Shown here in pieces: positions 9,227-18,418 of a DNA stretch of 64,000 nt. Position 1 is the first letter of the stretch. Every line of letters starts with the position of its first letter. The notes below the pieces were generated by a model. That model had not been told where the DNA came from, did not search any database, and saw nothing but the letters and a program-made list of their open reading frames with translations. Made by a program: the position numbers and the translations under genes. The stretch is taken from IMG/VR virus record IMGVR_UViG_2903109678_000002, positions 1-64,000 of that record; one strand, written 5' to 3'. This DNA comes from a virus (Duplodnaviria; Caudoviricetes).

Positions 9227-11596
9227 TTACAACGCGGCACCGTAGTCAGGGCGCGGCCAGTTCAGGGTGATCGGTTCGGATAACCAACTGTAATGAATCT
9301 GTTCCAGCGGCCAGGGAATATGGCGCAGCAAAATATCTGCCGGATGCGGCTGTACGCTAAGCTGCCAGCCGTAGCGCTGTTGCTCCAGGGTGCCGGCGCG
9401 CTGGAGAAACAGCTGACGTAACTCTGACAGGCTGAGGTTTTTCAGGCCCGGTAGCTGGAGCAGCAGCGCTTGCAGCGCCGGTTCCAGCTGTTGCGCCTGC
9501 TGCTGGGCCAGTTCCAGCGGCCACTCTTGCTCCAGCGGCCATTCCAGTGGCCAGCCACACAGCAGTTTGCTACACAGGCTGCGCCACTCACCACCTTCGT
9601 CGTCTTGCCAAATCAGCGCATCCAGCAGCGCTATCGCCTGTTGCTGCGCCTCGGGCCCGCTAAAGCGCAGCGGTGCCTGTGGATCGGCTTGCACCACCAG
9701 CCCCTGTGAACGCAGCCAGCCGGGTAGCAGCGGCCAGAGCAATACCAGGCCCGCGTGATGCAGCTCCAGCTGTTCGGGCAGCGGTGGCGGCTTTGGTGGT
9801 CGCTGCGCAGCATTGCGGGTTGTGGACGTGAGTCGTGCCAACTGCTGCTGTGCCCGCGCAGAGAGCAGTTGCTGCCAGCCTTGCTTTTCGTTAAGGGGAC
9901 GTCGTGAGCCTTCAGGCTGGAGGGCCACCTCCGCGGTTAACGCGGCGGCTGGCGGTTGCTGCGCCTGCTGTACAAGCCAGGGTTGCAGCGCCAGCAAACG
10001 TTGCGGGTTGCCCGCAGTTAACAACCGCTCCAGCTCACGCCGCTCCTGCGGCTGTGGCGGACGGAGTTCGGCCGCACTAAAGCCATGCAACAGTGGAAGT
10101 TCGCTCTGCTGCCACAGTAACAACAGCAGCGCCAGCGGGGATGCCGTGCTCAACCGGGCCGCTGGCGCTAACAGTGCGCACAGCTGCCGCCAGTCACTGG
10201 CCGTCATCAGCTGCAACAGCCGCTGGCGCCCGCCAGGCAACTGCAATACGCCGATCAGCGCAGCCCTCTCGGTGGGGGAAATTGCTGGCAGGCCCGCAAG
10301 GCGCTGGCGTAATAACTGCTGCGGCGTGCGGGGCTGCCCTGACAGCGGCTGTGGCGTGCGGCGGCTTCTCGCCCGAGCGTTTACACCAGACGGCACAATC
10401 CGGGGCTGCCCCACCCGACGCTGGCGTAATAATGGCTGCGGCCTGGAATGGCTTCTCGCCTGAGCGTTAACCCCAACTGGCATACTTTTCAGCTGGCCCG
10501 CCACTTGCTGGCGCAGCAACGGCTGCGGCGTGCGAGGCTGCCCTAACAATGGCTGCGCCGTGCGGCGGCTTCTCGCCTGCGCGTTAACCCCAACTGGCGT
10601 ATTTTTCAGCGGGCCCGTCACTCGCTGGCGCAGCAACGCTTGCGGCGTGCGGGGCTGCCTTAACAGCGGCTGTGGCATGCGGCGACTTCCCGCCTGCGCG
10701 TTAACCCCAACTGGCGTATTTTTCAGCTGGCCCGCCACTCGCTGGCGCAGCAACAGCTGCGGCGTGTGAAGCTGCCCTAACAGCGGCTGTGCCGTGCGGC
10801 GGCTTCTCGCCTGCGCGTTAACCCCAACTGGCGTACTTTTCAGCTGGCCCGCCACTCGCTGGCGCAGCAACGGCTGCGTCGTGCGGGGCTGCCTTAACAA
10901 CGGCTGCGGCTTGGAATGGCTTCCCGCCTGTGCGTTAACCCCAACTGGCGTACTTTTCAGCTGGCCCACCACTCGCTGGCGCAGCAACGGCTGCGTCGTG
11001 CGGGGCTGCCCTGACAATGGCTGCGCCGTGCGGCGGCTTCCCGCCTGCGCAATAACACCTGACTGGCCCTGCTGCTTTGACGCCGTCGCGTCAGTTTGCA
11101 GCGCCCACCCTGCCACAGGTTGCGGCACAGTGGCAAAAGTGGGCCAATAGCCATTGCTCAGGTAACGCAGCAATGTCGACCACTCTGGTGGCGCTGCGTC
11201 AGCCAGAGGGATGGCTCCTGGCGTATCGCCACTGAGATCCCTGAGACTTTCCTGCTCCTCAGGGGGATTGCTTATCTCACGCCGATCGGCTGCGCCCCGA
11301 TCCTGGTCGGCAGGAACGGCGAATCTCTCCGTTGGGTCAATCTCCTGCTGCTGTAGCGCCTGTTCCAGCGCGGCCAGCAGCCGTGGCACAAACTGCCAGG
11401 AGAACTGCCTAAGCGGCAGCGTGCCAATATCCACTCGTAATGGCTCTGTTAGCATGGTATCTGCGGGAAGATAACGCGCCAGTAACGCCGCGAGCTGTGG
11501 GTTCAGCTGCTGCATCAGCTGGCTCACCTGCTGCTGGAGATAAGCCGCATGCGTTCGTGAGGTGGTTAGCGATACGGTGACACGATCAATCGGCAT
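9227..11596 (-). CDS. Afp14/Pvc14-like tape measure protein with internal tandem repeats
   Basis: LRVDIGTLP and YLSNGYWP at the N-terminus; HAGLVLLWPLLP, LFLQRAGTL and DILLRHIPWP at the C-terminus. Start set at MPIDRV after an AGGAG RBS. Confidence 0.85.
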   Translation of the reverse strand: MPIDRVTVSLTTSRTHAAYLQQQVSQLMQQLNPQLAALLARYLPADTMLTEPLRVDIGTLPLRQFSWQFVPRLLAALEQALQQQEIDPTERFAVPADQDRGAADRREISNPPEEQESLRDLSGDTPGAIPLADAAPPEWSTLLRYLSNGYWPTFATVPQPVAGWALQTDATASKQQGQSGVIAQAGSRRTAQPLSGQPRTTQPLLRQRVVGQLKSTPVGVNAQAGSHSKPQPLLRQPRTTQPLLRQRVAGQLKSTPVGVNAQARSRRTAQPLLGQLHTPQLLLRQRVAGQLKNTPVGVNAQAGSRRMPQPLLRQPRTPQALLRQRVTGPLKNTPVGVNAQARSRRTAQPLLGQPRTPQPLLRQQVAGQLKSMPVGVNAQARSHSRPQPLLRQRRVGQPRIVPSGVNARARSRRTPQPLSGQPRTPQQLLRQRLAGLPAISPTERAALIGVLQLPGGRQRLLQLMTASDWRQLCALLAPAARLSTASPLALLLLLWQQSELPLLHGFSAAELRPPQPQERRELERLLTAGNPQRLLALQPWLVQQAQQPPAAALTAEVALQPEGSRRPLNEKQGWQQLLSARAQQQLARLTSTTRNAAQRPPKPPPLPEQLELHHAGLVLLWPLLPGWLRSQGLVVQADPQAPLRFSGPEAQQQAIALLDALIWQDDEGGEWRSLCSKLLCGWPLEWPLEQEWPLELAQQQAQQLEPALQALLLQLPGLKNLSLSELRQLFLQRAGTLEQQRYGWQLSVQPHPADILLRHIPWPLEQIHYSWLSEPITLNWPRPDYGAAL
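10286..11059 (-). repeat. 117-bp (39-aa) coding tandem repeat: five full units plus two shorter ones
   Basis: CCCCAACTGG recurs at 10471, 10588, 10705, 10822 and 10939. Unit resembles GVNAQARSRRTAQPLLGQPRTPQPLLRQRVAGQLKSTPV. Confidence 0.95.
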
Positions 11597-11650
11597 AAGT
11601 TCTCCTGTCAGCAGGACACAGCCCAACACCGGCTATGGCTGCGCGCGGGC

Positions 11651-14600
11651 TTAATCGTCCGGTGCCACAAACAGCAGGAAGTTATCGCTCGCCTCCTTGT
11701 TCCATGCGGCTTGGTTTTCCACTGTCCACTCTTTAAAGGGTTTCAGTACCCCATTAACGGTTTCCCTGGCTTCAATAGCCGTAAGCCTCGCCGACTCGGC
11801 ATGGTCCGGAATGCGCGCTATCCCAATGCCTTCTACCAGCTCGGCCAGCATACCCAGCGAGAGCATGCGCATGAGCTTCAGGGAGTCTTCCCCGACCGCC
11901 ATTCCCTGGTTTTGCCAACTGGCATAGGTGCTGCTAAAACTGGCAAATTGTTCGTCTGTTAACCACAGCACCCTCACCTGAATGTGCGCCGGCACCTCCC
12001 CCTGCACAATTTTGCGCACCCGCTGATCTTCGGCTTCAATCTGCTGTGCCGTCTTATCTTTCACATTCCCTATGTAACGCAGTGGCAATACCACGCTGAG
12101 GGTAAAGGAGAATCGATCGCGCTGTAGCAGGTCGTCATGGGAGGCAGGTTTGACCAGCGTGTCCTTAGATTTGATGAACCAGTAATAACGGTATTTTTCG
12201 AAGTCAACGGGGTCGTCCGCACTGTCTGTCACCGTAATGTTGGCGTAGCCTGTGACAGGGTCGACAGCATCAACGGTGGCCTCATACTGATAATCATTGC
12301 TGGCGGTACGTTCTTTGGTTTTAGACGCAGCATAGTAAGTACGCTCCAGGGTGAGCGTATCCCCTTTGCGGAGCACCTGCGGCCACGGTTGATCGCTGTT
12401 GGTGGTAATTTTATATTTGTTGGTCCCTGCGATAATCACTTCAGCGTGTTCTTTATCCAGCAAGTACTTCATTTCGTTAAGCCAGATATCGCTGAAGCTG
12501 GCGTTTAGCGTTGTCTTCGTCAGATCCAGCGCCAAAATCTCTTTTAACACCGCGCGCAGTTGCGCAAATTTACCCGGCAGTAGCAGGAAGCTGTTTTCAC
12601 GTTTAGGTGCACCCGTACCTGTTAGCCACAGTTCTTCTCGCACATCGTTACCCAGTTGCATCACCAGCAGGTTGCCTATGTGTACTTCCGGTTCGGTGCC
12701 AATTTTATATTTGAGATCAACCATATGCTTGCGCGTCATGTAGCCCGTAAGCTCCCTGTTCGTCTCCAGTACCAGGAAAGTTTCCGTGCCTAACTGCAGC
12801 TCTTTGGCCTGCGAGATTTTCAGCGGGGCCTGGCCCTGCTCTGGCGGCATATCCGGCAACAACAGGGCATGTTCCACCACATAAAACGACAGTTGGCGAA
12901 TATCGGGCGCGGTGCTGAACATCTCCTTGCCGATCCCCAACTGCCCGGCAAGGCGGCGCTGGAGGGAAGAGACCTGATTGTTGATAAATACGGTGCGTTT
13001 GTAGCCGACTTCAGGCACCTGGCGCAGCAGATTCAGGCCGATATACAGATTATCCAGCAGCTGCTGGTCAGTTGTGATCTGTTTATTGAAGTCTTCAATA
13101 CCGAAGTAATTTAACAAGAAGCGAATCAGCCGCAGCATGGCACTGAGTTCCATCTGGTTTATCTCTGCGGTGTTAATTAATTTCTCTTTAAGATCGGCGT
13201 CTTTATCGTCGCGATAGACCGCATCCAACACGCTACCTTCAGCAAATGGCCACTGCGCACCGTAGGCTTCCATCATGCTGAGATGGTCAGTGGAGAGATT
13301 GAGCAGCCGGGTCAGGTTTTCCAGCTGCTGCAGGTTGCTGGCAAGGTGCTGCTCAAACCCCAACAGAAAATGGTGTAACTGACGAACTTCCGGGGTCGGG
13401 TCAACTTGCTGTAGCTGGTAGAGCGGTGGCACCACCAGGCTGGCCGGGTAGTAACGGCGCAGATGACGATAACGGCCCAGGGGATAAGGCGGTGAGACCT
13501 GGCTGCGGGGGGACGCAAAACGCAATGCAATCAGCGACACAATGTTGCTTGCCTTACCGGCTATTTGCACCCCGTTACGGTAGATCAACACTTTTTCCAG
13601 CATCAACGCTACTTGTTTATCCAGGTCACGACTTGCTCCCCACAGCACCGGCAATTTATCTGTTAGCGTCCTGAAGAATTTCTCTTTCTCTGCTACGCCA
13701 TCAAACGCCAACTCACGCACCGCTTTCACGCCCTCCACCGCCGTCAGCGCAGTATTAAAGTGACTGAGTGAAATCACCTTCTTTCCGCCCAACTGGCCGG
13801 GAGGAAGTTTGGTAATCCAGCCATAGGCTGCCTTCGGCCCATGGTATTCCCCACGCGCCAGATCGACCTTTTCCTGACGTTCCAGCCGTGCTGCCAGCAC
13901 ATTTTGCAGCGCCAGATAGAGGTTGGCGTAACACGCATCGACATCTTCCAGCAGTTCGTCAGCCTCGATCTTTGCTGACAGCGTGATCACCTCTTCTTTT
14001 GCGCTAAGCACCGAGACACTCCGGAACACCTCACCCAGGTTGCGATGCTGCTCCAGATAGTTGGTCAGTTTCTGTTTATAAGCATCGTCATTGAGGTTAA
14101 GCCGCGGCAACTGTGAAATCTGTGCCACCACCTGGTAGCTGCCAAACAGCTCCATACGGGGGGGGCCTGGAAGAACTGGATCTTCCGGCTTCTCTTTTAC
14201 GGGTTTTTTAAACACAAAATTGCGGTTTACGGCATCGTAATAGTAGTGGAAACGGCCATTTGTCTCGCCATCTGCGGCCACGCGGGGATCGCGCGTAATC
14301 GTCGCATCGGCAAAGTAAAAACCAGCCGGCGTGCCTTGATGGTAAAGATCAAGAATGCCACGGCGATAATCTTCCGCCGTCACCGGGCTGGTGGTGAGCA
14401 TCTCTTCCGGCACAAAATTCGGCGGAAACAGCCCGCTGCCCACGGGCGCGTTTTCCAGCGTCAGTAGATCCTGCAACGGTAGCAGGCAACGGTAGCTGAT
14501 ATCAGAAATGTTCCAGGCCAGCGCCTCCAGCAGCGTAATGCCCGGATCGTGCAGTGCGGTATCGGTCCAGGTTTTCCCCGCCAGTTGTTCTACTACCTCG

Positions 14601-14686
14601 CGTGCATCACGCATCAGGGTGTTAAAGTGGATGTTCTCTTTTTCAGCTTCCACCAGCGAAGGCGGAATATAGTTATCGCTCATCAC
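11651..14686 (-). CDS. Afp12/Pvc12-like baseplate protein
   Basis: WTDTALHDPGITLLEAL, PVTAEDYRR, HRNLGE, YVVEHALLLP, EVPAHI. Confidence 0.88.
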   Translation of the reverse strand: MMSDNYIPPSLVEAEKENIHFNTLMRDAREVVEQLAGKTWTDTALHDPGITLLEALAWNISDISYRCLLPLQDLLTLENAPVGSGLFPPNFVPEEMLTTSPVTAEDYRRGILDLYHQGTPAGFYFADATITRDPRVAADGETNGRFHYYYDAVNRNFVFKKPVKEKPEDPVLPGPPRMELFGSYQVVAQISQLPRLNLNDDAYKQKLTNYLEQHRNLGEVFRSVSVLSAKEEVITLSAKIEADELLEDVDACYANLYLALQNVLAARLERQEKVDLARGEYHGPKAAYGWITKLPPGQLGGKKVISLSHFNTALTAVEGVKAVRELAFDGVAEKEKFFRTLTDKLPVLWGASRDLDKQVALMLEKVLIYRNGVQIAGKASNIVSLIALRFASPRSQVSPPYPLGRYRHLRRYYPASLVVPPLYQLQQVDPTPEVRQLHHFLLGFEQHLASNLQQLENLTRLLNLSTDHLSMMEAYGAQWPFAEGSVLDAVYRDDKDADLKEKLINTAEINQMELSAMLRLIRFLLNYFGIEDFNKQITTDQQLLDNLYIGLNLLRQVPEVGYKRTVFINNQVSSLQRRLAGQLGIGKEMFSTAPDIRQLSFYVVEHALLLPDMPPEQGQAPLKISQAKELQLGTETFLVLETNRELTGYMTRKHMVDLKYKIGTEPEVHIGNLLVMQLGNDVREELWLTGTGAPKRENSFLLLPGKFAQLRAVLKEILALDLTKTTLNASFSDIWLNEMKYLLDKEHAEVIIAGTNKYKITTNSDQPWPQVLRKGDTLTLERTYYAASKTKERTASNDYQYEATVDAVDPVTGYANITVTDSADDPVDFEKYRYYWFIKSKDTLVKPASHDDLLQRDRFSFTLSVVLPLRYIGNVKDKTAQQIEAEDQRVRKIVQGEVPAHIQVRVLWLTDEQFASFSSTYASWQNQGMAVGEDSLKLMRMLSLGMLAELVEGIGIARIPDHAESARLTAIEARETVNGVLKPFKEWTVENQAAWNKEASDNFLLFVAPDD

Positions 14687-17481
14687 ACAGTCTCCTCTGG
14701 CTGGGGTAATCCCACACTGGCATCACTGGGCAGCTTGAGATTAATCACTGCCAGCGTGGTTTCAATCGCCTGGTATTTATCTTTATCAGCCTGCGTTTCA
14801 TTTTTGACATCATTCAGCGTGACATCGGTGACATACCGCACATCAGGGTGCTGTTGCAGCACCTGCATGATGTCATTAATGGTCAGTGTGTCCCCCGGTT
14901 GCACCCGCTGCTGGCCATTCAGCCAGGGCATAAAGTGCTGGCGCAGCATCTCATCCAACTGACTTTGCAGATTGGCCTGGTTGACATGCTCATCCACGGC
15001 AACGTCATATTTCACCACAACGTCGAGATAGCAGGGGTTGAGCACCCGCAGATTGAGCCAGGGAGAAGCCCGATCGGTAATAAACTGCTGAATCTCTTTT
15101 AATCGTGCCGGGCTTAATATCGGTTTGTGGGGGTCCTGCCCCTGGTTGATGCCCGCTTGTGGGATCACCATAATCTCTTGCACGCGATCGGTAACGAATA
15201 CCGGTTCTGCTGTTGCGCTAGTGCCCGAACTGGCGGGTGGCACTTTCGGAATATACAAACCGTCGAGGATTTTCATACCGGGCAGGCGCACATGATGCAC
15301 ATCCGGGAAGTTGGCAATAATCAACTGGACAATATCGCGCCAGTTAGAGGCACGGCCACGATGCATAACCTGTTCAGCAATGCGCTGCATGCTGGCGGCA
15401 TCGCTCTCCTGTGCCTTCCCTCCCCAGCCCGGCAGCGGCTGAAGCACGGCAAGCAACCCATTGAACGGGACCACCGTGCTGCTCACCGTACCGGCGGGCA
15501 GCGGCGTGGCGAAGTGCTCAGGCGCAATACTGGCGGCATCCACCAACGTGGCACTCTGGGCATTGGTCCATAAACCATTGAACCATGGGTACGGCTCCAC
15601 ATTCGGCTGCATAGCCAGTAGTTTCTGTTGATCAGTGGCGGTGAGATCCTGAGTCATATAGACAGGTAGCTGTACCTGATGGTCAGTGAGTTCAAACTTA
15701 CTGACCCGAAGCCAGTAGCGTCCCGTGGGCATTAGCGTTGTCTCGTGAGCCGCGTCCGCTGGCAGCGTCACTGCGCCACTGCCGTTACGGGCAAAGTTGC
15801 CGGTGTTGTCACTTAGCTGCTTACTTAACGCTTTCCACTCAGCGACACCGTTAGTCTGCGACAGGTACTCCCACTCCAGCCCATCAGGCGTGAACGGTAC
15901 CGGCGTCTCGATGGACCAGTAGAGGCTCAGCTGTTGGCCGGGGTGCATATCCGTGAAGCCGAGATAGACGTGCGGGCTGGCGAACTCCTCGCGGGATTCA
16001 GCATAGCCATAGGGCAGCAGCGCGTATGGGGTAAATGCAACGTCAGCAAGGCTATAGCTGACATCGACATCCTCCAGACGGGGATCGTAAGGGGGATTGA
16101 GCGGCTTATTCTCGGTGATATTCCCCTCTTTAAACGTCTTTTCATACAGTGCATGCTGGAAGTCAATGGCCCCTAAATTCACCACCAGCGTATTTTCCCC
16201 CTCCTTTAGGGTGCGGGAAAAGATCAGTGCATTATCGCTTTGCCTCTCGCCAAACAACGAGACCTCTTTTTGCACCAGATCTTCACTCTTGACCTTGAAA
16301 ACCCCGTTACCCGAGACAGGATTATTGGGGTAGTTGGCGTACCAGGCCTTAAGATCCGCCGGACGTCCCTGCCATTTCGGGGTGAGGGTGAGCGTCAACG
16401 TCTGGCCGCTGGCGTTGCGCCATGCCGGAGATGACAGCGTAAAGGGGCTGCCTGCTTTCGGTGCCATACCAAAAAGATAATTTACCTGTTGAACCGGGCC
16501 TGAAACGCCATCGGCGGTCGTCACCGTCACGTCTGCAGCATTGACGACGGTAATCTCCACCGCCGTCACTTTTGGTAACGTCGCGTTAGATTTTTCCTGA
16601 TAGAGGCGTATCACCGGGTCGGTCAACAACGCATACTCCGCTGGCGCTTCCGGGCTCAGGCTCGCTTCCAGGGTGGCCGTTAGCGTATTGCCAGAAACAG
16701 AACACAGCAGTGGCTGCCATTTGGTGCCGATGCTCACTTCGGCCTTAAACCCTACAGGCGAGCTGTCAAACGTCAGCGTTAACTTACGCTGACCCGCGCC
16801 AGCCGCTTGCAGGGCGGCAATCACCAACAGCCAACCGTTGCGCACGGTTTCATCTTGCGGCTGTCCCCGCTTTCCGCCCAACTGGGGCGAAAATAGCCGC
16901 ACGCCACCCGCTGGCGGTGTGATGCCCGTCGCCACATCAAGCAGGGTACAGGCCCGGACGGTGTTTGTGACGGTATCAGGCAGCAGCCAGCGAATATCGG
17001 TAATACGCGCATGGTTGATCAGCAGCGGGGCATCCAACCGGTAGTTCACGGGTACACCCGCACTGTCTTGCCCGGCACTGAACAGCAGCCCTTCGGGTAC
17101 ATTCAGCGTCTGGTGCTGCTCATCCGGCGTGAGCTGTAGCATCACCTGGTCGGCCGCTGCGGGCAGCGGCTTAACCCCGAGCACGCCGCGAAAATAGAGA
17201 TCGCGATGCCGCGCTGGCAAGGTGTTCATCAGCCGGCGCGGGGTTTCCATCATTTTGAGGAATGCGAGAAGAAACGCCTGCTGCGGCTGAAGCGTACCCG
17301 GTGCCGATGCTGCTTGCTCCAGCAGAGCGGCGAGAGATTGCGGTGTCTGACCATCATTAAAGAAAACCTCATCCCAATTCTTAAGATCGTTGAATGGGAT
17401 AGCACGGGTATATGCCTGGAAATTCTGCAGGTGCGTAAGCAACGAACGATTATCATAGATAAACTCTTCTGGCGATGTCAT
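14683..17481 (-). CDS. Afp11/Pvc11-like baseplate wedge (J/gp6-like) protein
   Basis: PQQAFLLAFL, RHRDLYFRGVLG, AGQDSAG, HRGRASNWRD, LNPCY. Confidence 0.88.
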   Translation of the reverse strand: MTSPEEFIYDNRSLLTHLQNFQAYTRAIPFNDLKNWDEVFFNDGQTPQSLAALLEQAASAPGTLQPQQAFLLAFLKMMETPRRLMNTLPARHRDLYFRGVLGVKPLPAAADQVMLQLTPDEQHQTLNVPEGLLFSAGQDSAGVPVNYRLDAPLLINHARITDIRWLLPDTVTNTVRACTLLDVATGITPPAGGVRLFSPQLGGKRGQPQDETVRNGWLLVIAALQAAGAGQRKLTLTFDSSPVGFKAEVSIGTKWQPLLCSVSGNTLTATLEASLSPEAPAEYALLTDPVIRLYQEKSNATLPKVTAVEITVVNAADVTVTTADGVSGPVQQVNYLFGMAPKAGSPFTLSSPAWRNASGQTLTLTLTPKWQGRPADLKAWYANYPNNPVSGNGVFKVKSEDLVQKEVSLFGERQSDNALIFSRTLKEGENTLVVNLGAIDFQHALYEKTFKEGNITENKPLNPPYDPRLEDVDVSYSLADVAFTPYALLPYGYAESREEFASPHVYLGFTDMHPGQQLSLYWSIETPVPFTPDGLEWEYLSQTNGVAEWKALSKQLSDNTGNFARNGSGAVTLPADAAHETTLMPTGRYWLRVSKFELTDHQVQLPVYMTQDLTATDQQKLLAMQPNVEPYPWFNGLWTNAQSATLVDAASIAPEHFATPLPAGTVSSTVVPFNGLLAVLQPLPGWGGKAQESDAASMQRIAEQVMHRGRASNWRDIVQLIIANFPDVHHVRLPGMKILDGLYIPKVPPASSGTSATAEPVFVTDRVQEIMVIPQAGINQGQDPHKPILSPARLKEIQQFITDRASPWLNLRVLNPCYLDVVVKYDVAVDEHVNQANLQSQLDEMLRQHFMPWLNGQQRVQPGDTLTINDIMQVLQQHPDVRYVTDVTLNDVKNETQADKDKYQAIETTLAVINLKLPSDASVGLPQPEETV

Positions 17482-17525
17482 AGAAGTATCCTGCGGTCAG
17501 GGCCGAAAAAGCAGGCGAGTAAGAT

Positions 17526-17960
17526 TTAACCAGCGGTGACGAAGAATTGAGTGTTAATAAAGCTGCCGGTGCCGATCATCGGTGACCCAACAGTGGGATC
17601 GGGTGTTGAGGCGGGTGGCGGAAGGGTGGCCGGTGTTATGCCTGTGCACACGGCGATAAACTTCGTCCCCACGGTAATGACGTTGCCTTTACTGTCACAC
17701 CAGACCTGAAGCTGGTCGGCGTTTAACGCCTGTATCTCCAGTTTGCAGGTGCCCGGAACGGTATACGGCGGTGCGATATACGCGGTCGACATCACCTTGG
17801 TGGAGAGTTGATTGATATCTGCGGCGACACAGACCTTCAGCGCATTGATGTCGGCGTGGCCCGTACCGGTCATCACCGCCGGAACGGGCACCACGGTCCG
17901 GGTCATAAAAGTGGGGTCATAGAGCACTTTATCGCCGGTCACCACAATAAATTTGCTCAT
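17526..17960 (-). CDS. Afp10-like PAAR-type spike tip protein
   Basis: Position after gp25; short Pro/Thr/Cys-rich beta protein with YIAPPYTVPG and GTGSF..FVTAG. Confidence 0.7.
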   Translation of the reverse strand: MSKFIVVTGDKVLYDPTFMTRTVVPVPAVMTGTGHADINALKVCVAADINQLSTKVMSTAYIAPPYTVPGTCKLEIQALNADQLQVWCDSKGNVITVGTKFIAVCTGITPATLPPPASTPDPTVGSPMIGTGSFINTQFFVTAG

Positions 17961-18400
17961 GCAAATACCCCGCTTCGCCCGTCTGCGACATCCATGAATC
18001 CCTCTTCGGTTAGCACGATGTCGGAACCCTGAATTTTGTAGGAAACCTGTAACCGCAGCACGTTGAAACCCGACTGGCCGGTGCGCAGCACGCTGACATC
18101 CTCAAACAGCGCCTCAACGTTGAGGAGTGCGACCCTGGGTTCATAATGGGTAATACTCTCCCGTACCAGCGTGGTGATCCGTTGGAGCAAATCCGCATTG
18201 ACGTTAGCAAAAACCACTTCATGCAGGTCACAGCCGTAACCGGCGTGCATCACCCGTTCCAGCGGTAAGGTATTAAACAGAATGCGCAGGCTCTGCTGGA
18301 TATCTTCTACGTAGTTGGCAGCCAGTGCTGCGCCACTGTTAAGGGAGAAACGTGGCGGGAAGGCCCAGCCACGCCCGTGGATCTCGTCTAATGTTGGCAT
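17957..18400 (-). CDS. Afp9-like gp25 sheath initiator
   Basis: GRGWAFPPRF, DIQQSLRIL, ERVMHAGYGC, YEPRV. Confidence 0.92.
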   Translation of the reverse strand: MPTLDEIHGRGWAFPPRFSLNSGAALAANYVEDIQQSLRILFNTLPLERVMHAGYGCDLHEVVFANVNADLLQRITTLVRESITHYEPRVALLNVEALFEDVSVLRTGQSGFNVLRLQVSYKIQGSDIVLTEEGFMDVADGRSGVFA

Positions 18401-18418
18401 TCTTCACCTTCCCGTTTA

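Noticed and set aside
10286-11059. 117-bp repeats as a CRISPR array
   Set aside because: Whole units are similar with no unique spacers, the period is a multiple of 3 inside an ORF, and there are no cas genes.
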